From Smithellaceae bacterium (lineage in GTDB: Bacteria; Desulfobacterota; Syntrophia; Syntrophales; Smithellaceae): a stretch of 64,000 nt of DNA. Made by a program: the position numbers and the translations under genes. The notes beneath the pieces were generated by a model. The model saw only the letters and a program-made list of their open reading frames with translations, ran no database searches and had not been told where the DNA came from. The stretch is taken from NCBI GenBank assembly GCA_030690945.1, contig JAUYFM010000007.1, forward strand, positions 59,134 through 123,133, given 5' to 3'. Shown in pieces: positions 37,360 through 45,672 of this stretch; position 1 is the stretch's first letter; each line of letters begins with the position of its first letter.

Positions 37360-39213
37360 GTGAAAAAGGAATACAAGGACAAGGTTGTTTCCGCACAGAC
37401 GGCGATCAGTTTCATCTCACGTGGTAAAAGGGTCTTTATCGGTTCTTACTGCGGCGAGCCGCAGTATCTCGTGAACGCGCTCATTGACCACACAGACCAT
37501 TTTTCCGATGTGGAAGTTGTTCGCTTCCTCAATCTGGAAGGATCGCTCATGGGGCTGATCGCGGAAGAGACGAAAGGGCGCTGTTATCATGTGCGCTCCA
37601 TCTATCAGGGATCGGGCATGATCAAGGGACTCACGGCATCCCGGCGTTTTCTCACGCCCATGAATCTTTATACGGTGCCCGCTTTATTTCAGAAACGTCA
37701 CATCCCCATTCACTATGCCCTGATTCAGACTGCGCCCCCCGATGCGTTCGGTTGGCTCAATCTTGGTATTTCCGTGGACATCACGCTGGCTGCCGCCCGG
37801 GCGGCGGATATCGTTATCGTCCAGGTCAATCCGAACATGCCGGTGATCCCGGGTTACGGCATGATTCATGTGGATGAGGCGGATTATATTGTTGAGCATC
37901 AGGAAGATCTCCTGACGGTTTATCCCACGCCTGAAATCAAAGGCGCCGAGCAGGTGGCCAAGCTTCTGTCGAGCCTTATTGAAGACGGTTCGACCCTCCA
38001 CATCAGTCCCGGTTTTACACCGGAACTCATTTTTGCGGCTCTGGGCAACAAGAGCGATCTTGGCATCCACTCCCTGATGATTCTGGATGTCATGCAGGAT
38101 CTGGCCCAGCGGGGCATCGTCACAAACCGGAAAAAGGGATTTAACGAAGGCAAGATGGTGGCATCCGGCGCCATCGGCTCCGATGATCTTTACCATTATC
38201 TGAACGGGAATCCCGCCATTGAATTCCGGCCATGTGATTATGTAAGCAATCCCGTCATGATTGCCCGCCACAACAAGATGACCGCCATCAATCGTGTGAC
38301 ATCGATTGATCTCAAAGGCCAGGTGGCGGCCGACGGCATTGCGCAAAATCATTTTGCCGATGTGGCGGGGCTGGTGGACTTCAGCCGGGGGGCGGCGATG
38401 GCGCCGGGCGGCAAGTCCATTGTCGTTGCCCAGTCGGTGAGCGACGACGGGCAGTCGAGCAACATCGTTCTGGAACAGGCAGCGGGGACCGTGGCCATTC
38501 CGGCAGCTGATGTGACTTACGTGGTCACCGAATACGGCGCCGTCAACCTGTTTGGCAAGAATATCCAGGAACGCGCCATGGCCATGATCAGCGTTGCCCA
38601 TCCTGATTTTCGCGAGCAACTGTTTGAACAGGCGCGGTGCGAAGGTTTAATCGGTGAGGAGCGCAAGTTATCCGAATCCCAGTTTGGTATTTATCCGGCC
38701 TGGCTGGAAGAAGTCGTGACGATCGCGGGCCAGAAGGTTATGTTCCGTCCCGTAAAAATTGCTGACGACCGGCTCATTCAGGATCATTTTTACGAAATGA
38801 ATGAGCAGGACATCGCCAGGCGTTTTTTTGGAAGGCGGCATCACTTTTACTGGGATGAAGTCAAAGACATGTTCATTGTCGATTACACCCGGAATTGTTC
38901 CATCGTCGCCTATCTGGGTGAAGAGGGGTACGGCCGGATTATCGGCATCGGCGGTTATTTTCTGGAAGGAAGCGGCGCCGGCGAGGTTGCCTATTCCGTA
39001 GCCAAGGATTGGCAGGGGAAAGGTATCTCCGTTACGCTTCAGCAAAAAATTGTGGATGCCGCGCTGGCGAACGGCCTTAAGGGTCTGGACGCTATGGTTC
39101 TTGAAGAAAATTTATCCATGCTCGGTTTGTTTAAAAACCTGCCGTATCAGATCCGCACCTCGTATGAGAATGGTATTTTAACCCTGAAATGCCGGTTTGA
39201 TGAACCGGCGTGA
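37360..39213 (+). CDS. acetyl-CoA hydrolase/transferase-family domain fused to a C-terminal GNAT acetyltransferase domain
   Basis: GTG start after GGGAGG. About 430 aa of CoA-transferase/hydrolase-like sequence, then a GNAT-like segment (IVAYLGEEGYGRIIGIGGY...VAKDWQGKGISVTLQQKIVDAA). Confidence 0.75.
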   Translation: MKKEYKDKVVSAQTAISFISRGKRVFIGSYCGEPQYLVNALIDHTDHFSDVEVVRFLNLEGSLMGLIAEETKGRCYHVRSIYQGSGMIKGLTASRRFLTPMNLYTVPALFQKRHIPIHYALIQTAPPDAFGWLNLGISVDITLAAARAADIVIVQVNPNMPVIPGYGMIHVDEADYIVEHQEDLLTVYPTPEIKGAEQVAKLLSSLIEDGSTLHISPGFTPELIFAALGNKSDLGIHSLMILDVMQDLAQRGIVTNRKKGFNEGKMVASGAIGSDDLYHYLNGNPAIEFRPCDYVSNPVMIARHNKMTAINRVTSIDLKGQVAADGIAQNHFADVAGLVDFSRGAAMAPGGKSIVVAQSVSDDGQSSNIVLEQAAGTVAIPAADVTYVVTEYGAVNLFGKNIQERAMAMISVAHPDFREQLFEQARCEGLIGEERKLSESQFGIYPAWLEEVVTIAGQKVMFRPVKIADDRLIQDHFYEMNEQDIARRFFGRRHHFYWDEVKDMFIVDYTRNCSIVAYLGEEGYGRIIGIGGYFLEGSGAGEVAYSVAKDWQGKGISVTLQQKIVDAALANGLKGLDAMVLEENLSMLGLFKNLPYQIRTSYENGILTLKCRFDEPA

Positions 39214-39244
39214 CAACACTTTGGAGAGAGTCCGAAAACGGCGT

Positions 39245-39312
39245 GCTCGGGGAGCCCGCCCTACGAAACAGATGAAATGACCATCGTGAATTGTAGGGAC
39301 TGCTCCCCGAGC
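39245..39312. repeat. palindromic element downstream of the GNAT-fusion gene
   Basis: 11-bp perfect inverted repeat GCTCGGGGAGC / GCTCCCCGAGC. Nested CCCTAC...GTAGGG. Flanked by direct repeats agtccgaaaac (39229-39239 and 39313-39323). Confidence 0.6.
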
Positions 39313-39393
39313 AGTCCGAAAACAACAAAATGGTAAACAGCGCAATCGGGAATAACCTGAAGGTCACACGTTGCGCCTGCAAATAATACCTTG

Positions 39394-39426
39394 TGTTAAA
39401 CAAAAGGGCGGGGGAAAACCCCGCCC
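39394..39426 (-). terminator. rho-independent terminator of the minus-strand acyl-CoA operon
   Basis: Minus strand: GGGCGGGG-uuuuc-CCCCGCCC followed by UUUUGUUU. 35 nt downstream of the stop at 39461. Confidence 0.55.
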
Positions 39427-39460
39427 TTACCTCTAAATACTTCAGCCTTCAGTCTTTCGC

Positions 39461-41224
39461 CTACGCCGGTCTTTCCAGCCCTTTCACAATCTGCGAGCGG
39501 ATGATGCGCGGGAGAATCAGTTGATGCTGCGGGCAGATGGCGCGGGGATTCTGATAGGCGCAGTTGGCGAAGCCTACCAAATAATTTCTTAATTCGTGGT
39601 AGCGGACGATCTCATCGACAAAGCCTTTCTTCGCGCAAAACATCGGCCCCGACGTATCGTCGTAGTGCTGGACCATCTCGTTCATCTTGTCGATGATGGG
39701 CCCGAGCGGCTTTCCGGCATCCTTCTCTTTAACGAGCCTGCGGGCGTAACTGGCCGCCGCTGCGGTTTCGCCATGCATGACGTTGATTTCCGTGGTCGCA
39801 GTGCCCAGTGAAAAGGCGTTGTTATTGTTGGCCGTGGGACCGCCCAAAACATAATGCGCCGCCGCCGTGCCTTTGCGCAGCACCACCAGCATCATCGGCA
39901 GCTTGGAATTTTCAATGGAGTAAATCAGCGACTGACCCAAGCCGAGGAGTTCCGCCTTTTCCGCCGTATCGCCCACGTCAATGCCTGATGTATCCTGAAA
40001 CCAGATCATCGGCACTTTGTCGCGCGAACACAACGTGACGAACTCACTCATCTTGATCAGGCCCTGGCGGTAAAGCTTTCCGCCCACACCCATATACTCT
40101 TTGGTGTATTCAGGATAGTTGGGCAAGATGCCCTGACGGTTGCCGATCACGCCCATCAGATAACCATCCACTTTTACCAAACCGCAATACATTTCCGGGC
40201 CAAATCCGGGACGGAATTCCAGATGCTCAGAACGATCCACCAGACGCGCCAGTACCTGCTCAAAATCATAGACACGTTTTTTATTCACGGGGACAATCGA
40301 GGCGATTTCAGAAGGAGGATATGCGGGCTCGGCAGGCTGGGCCACGCGGAAAAAGCGCGGGTTGTAGGCGGGCAGATCATCCATGTAATCTTTAATGGCA
40401 TCGAGCACCTGTTTCTCTTCGTCAAAGACGGCGCGGAAAAAACCCGTGACGTCATAATGAACTTTCACACTGCCGGGCGGAACGGATTTGAAATGTCTGG
40501 TGGCGTTAATGATTTCTTCAGCGCCCGCTTCGTCAAATGACCCTTTGGGTGACATGCCGCTCACAATGCCGCTGCCGCCCACGGCCATGTTGGCTTTTTT
40601 ATGCGCCAGCAATATGGTCGGGCTGATCGACTGATAGCCGCCGCCTGCGGGATTAGTGCCGTAAATACCGGCAATGACCGGGATGCCCATCTGCTCGAGT
40701 TCCGCGTGACGAAAAAAGCAGGTTCCCTGACCGCGGCGGTTGGCATACATTTTTTCCTGCTCAGGCAACTTCACACCGGAGCAGTTCACCAGCCACACCA
40801 AGGGAATATTGAGAATCTTGGCAATGTCCGTGACACGCAGATTATTTTCCGGCTGTCCGGCAATCCACGCGCCGGCCATCCATTTATTATTGAACCCGAT
40901 AAGCGCACACCACTTGCCATGGATGCGGGCCAGGCCATCGACTACGCCGGTGCTGCCGGACTCTTCATTTTCCGGATCAAAAATGCTGTGCAGCGGGCAG
41001 AAGGTTCCGGGATCAGCCAGATAGTCGATGCGTTCCCAGACACTCATCTCGCCCCGTTCATGCATTGTTGGCAGTGGCACGCCGACGTTTTTAATGCGTT
41101 CGACTTCCGCGTCGATCTGCTTCATGATGTCTTCGAGTTTCATGCAGTTTTCCTGCATGCTTTCGATCTGTTTGGCCGAGAGCGGTTTGCCCAGCGGATC
41201 CATTTTTTCAAAGTATTGTCTCAT
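39461..41224 (-). CDS. acyl-CoA carboxyltransferase, glutaconyl-CoA decarboxylase alpha (GcdA)-like
   Basis: Two-lobed carboxyl-transferase domain of about 590 aa. ATG at 41224 with GGGGAG upstream. The GTG at 41254 in the track lies inside a MITE terminal repeat. Confidence 0.8.
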   Translation of the reverse strand: MRQYFEKMDPLGKPLSAKQIESMQENCMKLEDIMKQIDAEVERIKNVGVPLPTMHERGEMSVWERIDYLADPGTFCPLHSIFDPENEESGSTGVVDGLARIHGKWCALIGFNNKWMAGAWIAGQPENNLRVTDIAKILNIPLVWLVNCSGVKLPEQEKMYANRRGQGTCFFRHAELEQMGIPVIAGIYGTNPAGGGYQSISPTILLAHKKANMAVGGSGIVSGMSPKGSFDEAGAEEIINATRHFKSVPPGSVKVHYDVTGFFRAVFDEEKQVLDAIKDYMDDLPAYNPRFFRVAQPAEPAYPPSEIASIVPVNKKRVYDFEQVLARLVDRSEHLEFRPGFGPEMYCGLVKVDGYLMGVIGNRQGILPNYPEYTKEYMGVGGKLYRQGLIKMSEFVTLCSRDKVPMIWFQDTSGIDVGDTAEKAELLGLGQSLIYSIENSKLPMMLVVLRKGTAAAHYVLGGPTANNNNAFSLGTATTEINVMHGETAAAASYARRLVKEKDAGKPLGPIIDKMNEMVQHYDDTSGPMFCAKKGFVDEIVRYHELRNYLVGFANCAYQNPRAICPQHQLILPRIIRSQIVKGLERPA

Positions 41225-41242
41225 ACATTCTCCCCTAGAGAG

Positions 41243-41390
41243 AGACTGTGTCACAAATCATTTTCATGTCATAACCTTTCAGGTCACGCGTTTCGAAGCA
41301 AAGCGAGAAATCTTGTTTTTAATAAATTCAAGGTATTAAGATTCCTCACATACGTTCGGAATGACAATTGTTATAATTGTGACACAGTCT
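41243..41390 (-). mobile_element. family-B MITE-like element, copy 3 (148 bp)
   Basis: Reverse complement of copy 2 with a 19-bp extra segment aacctttcaggtcacgcgt shared with family C. TIRs agactgtgtcacaaat / ataattgtgacacagtct. Lies 19 nt upstream of the GcdA-like start codon. Confidence 0.75.
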
Positions 41391-41391
41391 C

Positions 41392-41441
41392 AGAACAAGG
41401 GGTCTTGCCACCCTTCAGTGGTGGATGCATCCCCTTGTTCT
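41392..41441. repeat. palindromic element downstream of the acyl-CoA dehydrogenase gene
   Basis: 11-bp perfect inverted repeat AGAACAAGGGG / CCCCTTGTTCT enclosing gtcttgccaccc-ttcagt-ggtgg. Confidence 0.6.
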
Positions 41442-41462
41442 ATTAGTGATCGGATAGTCCGA

Positions 41463-42620
41463 TTATGCCCGGTTCGGGGCAAATCCCATCGCCGCGTTGG
41501 CGACGATCATCGTGTGCATGTTGGAGGTGCCTTCCAGCGTCTCGAACTGCTTGGAGTCTCGCAGGAAGCGGCCGCAGGGATATTCATCGGAATAGCCGAA
41601 GGAGCCGTAAAGCTTCATGCATTCATTGGCGTCATGCACGACGACTTTCGCGCCGTAGAGTTTGGACATCGATGTTTCCATGACATTGGGCAGGCCCTTG
41701 TCTTTGAGCCACGCCGCCTTATAAACCAGCGCCGCCAGCGTCTCATGCCCGCACTTCATGTCTGCGACCTGCTGCTGGATGAGCTGATATTTGCCGATTT
41801 GCTTTCCAAACTGACAGCGTTCCGTCGCGTATTTTGCCGAAGCGTCGAGGATTGCGCTGGAAAGACCCAGGGCGCCGGCCGAACAGCCCAGACGCGTGGA
41901 GTTGAGTTGCGTCATGCACATCTGGAATCCTTTGTTGAGTTTGCCCAGCAAGAGGCTCTTGGGCACTTTCACGTCTTCAAACGTCAGCTCCGCGGTATCG
42001 GACGCCCACAGGCCGACTTTGTCATGAATCTTTTTGCGCTCAATGCCCGGCAGGCTGTAATCCATGATGAAGCAACTCACGCCGTTGGCGCCGGCGTCCT
42101 TGTCCGTCTTGACATAAAGCAGACCGTGATTACAGACGGTGCCGTTGGTGATCCACATTTTGTTGCCGTTGATCAGATAGTAATCGCCCTTATCGACGGC
42201 GTTGCATTTCATCGAGGCGACGTCCGAGCCGATGTCCGTCTCAGTCATGGCGAAGCTGCCGATATATTCACCGCTGACAAACTTGGGAATGTAGTGTTGC
42301 TTTTGTTCTTCCGTGCCGAATTTCTGAATGGTGAGCGCGGGTCCCCAGCATTGCATGTTGAAGGCCATGCGCCAGGACGTGTGCACCTTAGCAATCTGTT
42401 CGATGGCCAAAGCGCCTTCCAGAAAGCCCATGCCGTTTCCGCCGTATTTTTCATCGATGGAGAAACCAAAAAATCCAAGGTCGGCCATCTTCTGAAAAAT
42501 TTCCTTGCGCCAGAAATGATTTTTTTCGTCTTCCTCTACATGCGGCGCGATTTCTTTTTCGGCAAAACTTCTTGCCGTATCCTGTATCATTGTTTGTTCT
42601 TCCGTTAATGCAAAATCCAT
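41463..42620 (-). CDS. acyl-CoA dehydrogenase (glutaryl-/butyryl-CoA dehydrogenase-like)
   Basis: MDFALTEEQ N-terminus. The ACAD middle and C-terminal domains with the catalytic-base region FETLEGTSNMH. 385 aa. Confidence 0.9.
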   Translation of the reverse strand: MDFALTEEQTMIQDTARSFAEKEIAPHVEEDEKNHFWRKEIFQKMADLGFFGFSIDEKYGGNGMGFLEGALAIEQIAKVHTSWRMAFNMQCWGPALTIQKFGTEEQKQHYIPKFVSGEYIGSFAMTETDIGSDVASMKCNAVDKGDYYLINGNKMWITNGTVCNHGLLYVKTDKDAGANGVSCFIMDYSLPGIERKKIHDKVGLWASDTAELTFEDVKVPKSLLLGKLNKGFQMCMTQLNSTRLGCSAGALGLSSAILDASAKYATERCQFGKQIGKYQLIQQQVADMKCGHETLAALVYKAAWLKDKGLPNVMETSMSKLYGAKVVVHDANECMKLYGSFGYSDEYPCGRFLRDSKQFETLEGTSNMHTMIVANAAMGFAPNRA

Positions 42621-42656
42621 GATTCTTTATCCTCCGAGGCTATTGATTAAATAAAC

Positions 42657-42684
42657 GTAGGGAACAGTCGCGACTGTTCCCTAC
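42657..42684. repeat. REP palindrome (variant GTAGGGAACAGTCGCGACTGTTCCCTAC)
   Basis: Perfect 28-bp palindrome between the thiolase and dehydrogenase genes. Confidence 0.85.
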
Positions 42685-42692
42685 AAATAACT

Positions 42693-43958
42693 TCATTTTC
42701 TTTCGATGACCATACATATCCCCTGGCCGCCGCCGCCGCAGATCGTCTCCAGGCCGAAACGCTTGTCGGCCCGCACCATTTCGTTAATCAGCGTGGTAAG
42801 CCGCATCGCACCGGTTGCGCCGATGGGATGCCCGAGCGAAATACCCGAACCGTTCACATTGACTTTGGCGTCCATCTGCTCGTCGGAAAGGCCGGAAAGT
42901 CGAGAGTCTGCCAGACACTGGACGGCAAACGCCTCCTGCACTTCGATCAGATCGATCTGATCAATGGTCGCGTTAATCTTTTTCAGTGCTTTTTCCACCG
43001 ATGCCGGAACTGCGGGGTAGGTGAGCGTCGGGTCGGTAGCCGCCACCGCGCAGGAGCGGAAATAGGCCAGCGGCTTGACGCCCAGCTCCTTGGCTTTCTT
43101 TTCAGACGCCATCACAACCACCGCCGCGCCGTCATTTTCCGACGACGAATTGCCCGCCGTGCAGACGCCGTCTTTATAAACAGCTTTAAGTTTGGCCAGG
43201 CGTTCCAACGTGGTTTCGCGGCGCGGTCCTTCATCGGTTTTCAAATAAACGGTTTCACCATTCTTATCTTTGCCGGTCGCAATCGGGACAATTTCATCGA
43301 CAAACTTGCCCGCGTCCTGCGCCGCAATCGCCCGCTGATGAGAGCGCAGGGCCCAGCGGTCGGCTTCTTCCCGGGTGATCTTCTCTTTTTGGGCGGCGGT
43401 TTCCGCCCAGGTCATCATCGAACTTAGCTCGCCGTATCGCGCAATGGGCTGAGACATGACTCGTCCGCGCTGAAGTCTGTCATAAAAAGGAATTCCCCAC
43501 ATGGCCAGCGCGCCGTGTCCGCGGGGCATGAAGCCGTATTTTTCATGGCTTTTGCCGCCCAGTCCCCACTTGATGTCGCCGGGGATATAAAGTTCGCCCT
43601 GGCTCATCGATTCCATACCGCCGGCGATGATCAGGTCGGCGTTGCCGGTTTGGATTTTCATGGCCCCGTAAAAGATGGTATCCAGCCCCGAACAGCAGCG
43701 CCGATCCAACATGATTCCCGGAACAGTGTCCGGCCACCCTGCGTCGAGCACGGCCATGCGTGCGCCGTTGGCGCACTCGCCGTTCTGGTAGGCTGATCCC
43801 ATGACGACATCATCAATCATCGCGGGATCAATTTTGGCCTTTTTGACCACTTCCTGCAAGACCAGACTGGCCAGGCGGTAAACCGGAACATCTCTGAGCG
43901 CTCCTCCGTAAGCGCCGATCGGCGTTCTCGCACAACTGATAAAAACGACATTTTCCAT
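42693..43958 (-). CDS. thiolase (acetyl-CoA C-acyltransferase family)
   Basis: Active-site Cys context DRRCCSGLD. C-terminal NVNGSGISLGHPIGATG and CGGGGQG signatures. Confidence 0.9.
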   Translation of the reverse strand: MENVVFISCARTPIGAYGGALRDVPVYRLASLVLQEVVKKAKIDPAMIDDVVMGSAYQNGECANGARMAVLDAGWPDTVPGIMLDRRCCSGLDTIFYGAMKIQTGNADLIIAGGMESMSQGELYIPGDIKWGLGGKSHEKYGFMPRGHGALAMWGIPFYDRLQRGRVMSQPIARYGELSSMMTWAETAAQKEKITREEADRWALRSHQRAIAAQDAGKFVDEIVPIATGKDKNGETVYLKTDEGPRRETTLERLAKLKAVYKDGVCTAGNSSSENDGAAVVVMASEKKAKELGVKPLAYFRSCAVAATDPTLTYPAVPASVEKALKKINATIDQIDLIEVQEAFAVQCLADSRLSGLSDEQMDAKVNVNGSGISLGHPIGATGAMRLTTLINEMVRADKRFGLETICGGGGQGICMVIERK

Positions 43959-43971
43959 AAAGCAGCACCTC

Positions 43972-45633
43972 TTATAAATTATTTGTTAAACCATTATACG
44001 GCTGATAGGCCGGGTCGTACATCTTCGACTTGATGTAACCGGGTAAATTGGCCGGTTCCCTCATTGCGGTAAGTTTTCTGGCGAACACAACTTTTGCAAC
44101 GGCCAGTGCGATATTGGCCGAGACATCGCGGATGCGCGTCAGTGACGGAAAAATCCGTCCCTTTTCAAAATCCTCTCTCGATACCTGTTCATCCAGACAT
44201 TTGGCTGCCGCGGAGAACATCTCATCCGTCACGCGGTTTGCTTCCGAGGCCATCACGCCCAACCCGACGCCGGGGAAGATGTAAACATTGTTGGCCTGCC
44301 CCGGTACAAAGGTTTGCCCGTCCATCTCTACCTTGGGAAACGGACTGCCGCTGGCGAAGACGGCGCGCCCTTTTGTGTGGCGATAAGCATCTTCAGCCGT
44401 GCATTCCGCCTGAGAGGTTGGATTGGAAAGCGCAAAAACAATTGGACGCTCGTTCAGACGCGCCATCGCCGTTAAAATTTCCGGCGTAAAGGTTGCGGGT
44501 TGCCCCGACGCTCCGATGATGGCTGTCGGTTTGATGGCTTCAACCACCTCCAGAAGATTCCGATGGAAGGGAAAATCATGGGCAAAGCGCTGTTTGTGTT
44601 GGGCCAGGTCCGTTCGGCTCTTCACGACAAGGCCTTTGGAATCGATAAACCAGCAGCGGCCGATGGCCTCTTCTTCAGGAAGGCCCTGCTGGACCATCGC
44701 GGAGGCCACCAGGTTCCCGATACCAAGAGCTGCCTCGCCTGCGCCTAAAAACAAAAGTCGCTGTTCGGTTATCTTGCCTTTGATCATACGCAGGGCGGAA
44801 TACAGTCCGGCCAGTGCGACACCGGCGGTGCCCTGGATGTCGTCATCGAACATACAGTATTGATCGCGATACCTGGCGAGCAGGCGGAAGGCATTCGAGT
44901 TCCCGAAATCTTCCAGTTGAATCATGACGTTGGGGAATATCTCACTTGCCGCCGCCATAAACTCATCGATGAGCGAGTCATAGTCTTCACCTTCCAGGCG
45001 CGGTTCCGGCAAACCGATGTATTGCGGATCACTCCACAGTTCGTTATTGTTTGTTCCGACATCGATCATAATGGGCAGGCATGCTGCAGGGTCAATGCCC
45101 GCGCAGGCGGTATAAAGCGACAATTTCCCGACAGGGATTCCCATGCCATTGGAGCCGAGATCGCCCAGGCCCAGGATGCGTTCGCCGTCTGTCACAACGA
45201 TCACACGGACATTCTTGTGGGGCCAGTTTTGCAAAACCTCTTTAATGCGGCCGCGATCGTACCGGGTAATGGACAACCCGCGGGGACGGCGGTAAACATG
45301 GCTGTATTCCTGGCAGGCCAGGCCCACGGTCGGTGTGTAGACGATGGGACTGAGTTCCTCCAGGTTCTCGACGAGCGCTTTATAGAACAGCCGCTCATTG
45401 CGATCCTGTAAACCGATCAGATAAAGGTATCTTTCCAGGTTGTCGGGCTTGCGGCGAACGTTATTGATGACGTGTTGAACCTGTTGCTGCTGAGTCGAGA
45501 TACGCGGCGGAAGCAGCCCGTGCAGGCCCAACGCTTCGCGTTCGGCGGCGGTAAAGGCCGTTCCCTTATTCAGACTCGGGTCGTGCAGCAACTCAACACC
45601 ACGCGGAAGTTTTCCAGTACAGCCGTTATTCAT
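43972..45633 (-). CDS. NAD(P)-dependent malic enzyme (large, SfcA-type)
   Basis: LLHDPSLNKGTAFTAAER N-terminus. FNDDIQGTAGVALAG. Rossmann FLGAGEAALGI. 553 aa. Confidence 0.9.
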   Translation of the reverse strand: MNNGCTGKLPRGVELLHDPSLNKGTAFTAAEREALGLHGLLPPRISTQQQQVQHVINNVRRKPDNLERYLYLIGLQDRNERLFYKALVENLEELSPIVYTPTVGLACQEYSHVYRRPRGLSITRYDRGRIKEVLQNWPHKNVRVIVVTDGERILGLGDLGSNGMGIPVGKLSLYTACAGIDPAACLPIMIDVGTNNNELWSDPQYIGLPEPRLEGEDYDSLIDEFMAAASEIFPNVMIQLEDFGNSNAFRLLARYRDQYCMFDDDIQGTAGVALAGLYSALRMIKGKITEQRLLFLGAGEAALGIGNLVASAMVQQGLPEEEAIGRCWFIDSKGLVVKSRTDLAQHKQRFAHDFPFHRNLLEVVEAIKPTAIIGASGQPATFTPEILTAMARLNERPIVFALSNPTSQAECTAEDAYRHTKGRAVFASGSPFPKVEMDGQTFVPGQANNVYIFPGVGLGVMASEANRVTDEMFSAAAKCLDEQVSREDFEKGRIFPSLTRIRDVSANIALAVAKVVFARKLTAMREPANLPGYIKSKMYDPAYQPYNGLTNNL

Positions 45634-45672
45634 TAACGCATAACCTCCTTTAATCTTTCATCACCTCTTTGC

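Noticed and set aside
41361-42608. Long antisense ORFs embedded in well-supported genes. Examples: 41361-42608 (+, 415 aa), 52060-53178 (-, 372 aa), 57898-58944 (+, 348 aa), 24530-25468 (-, 312 aa), 37684-38619 (-, 311 aa), 19531-20352 (-, 273 aa), 40601-41446 (+, 281 aa), 17212-17961 (-, 249 aa), 48900-49649 (-, 249 aa), 51354-52079 (-, 241 aa) and 29302-29994 (-, 230 aa).
   Set aside because: Each lies entirely opposite a gene with clear family motifs. Their translations are Arg/Gly/His-rich and of low complexity, with no recognisable motifs. They lack plausible ribosome-binding sites. They are the usual shadow ORFs of mid-to-high-GC coding DNA.
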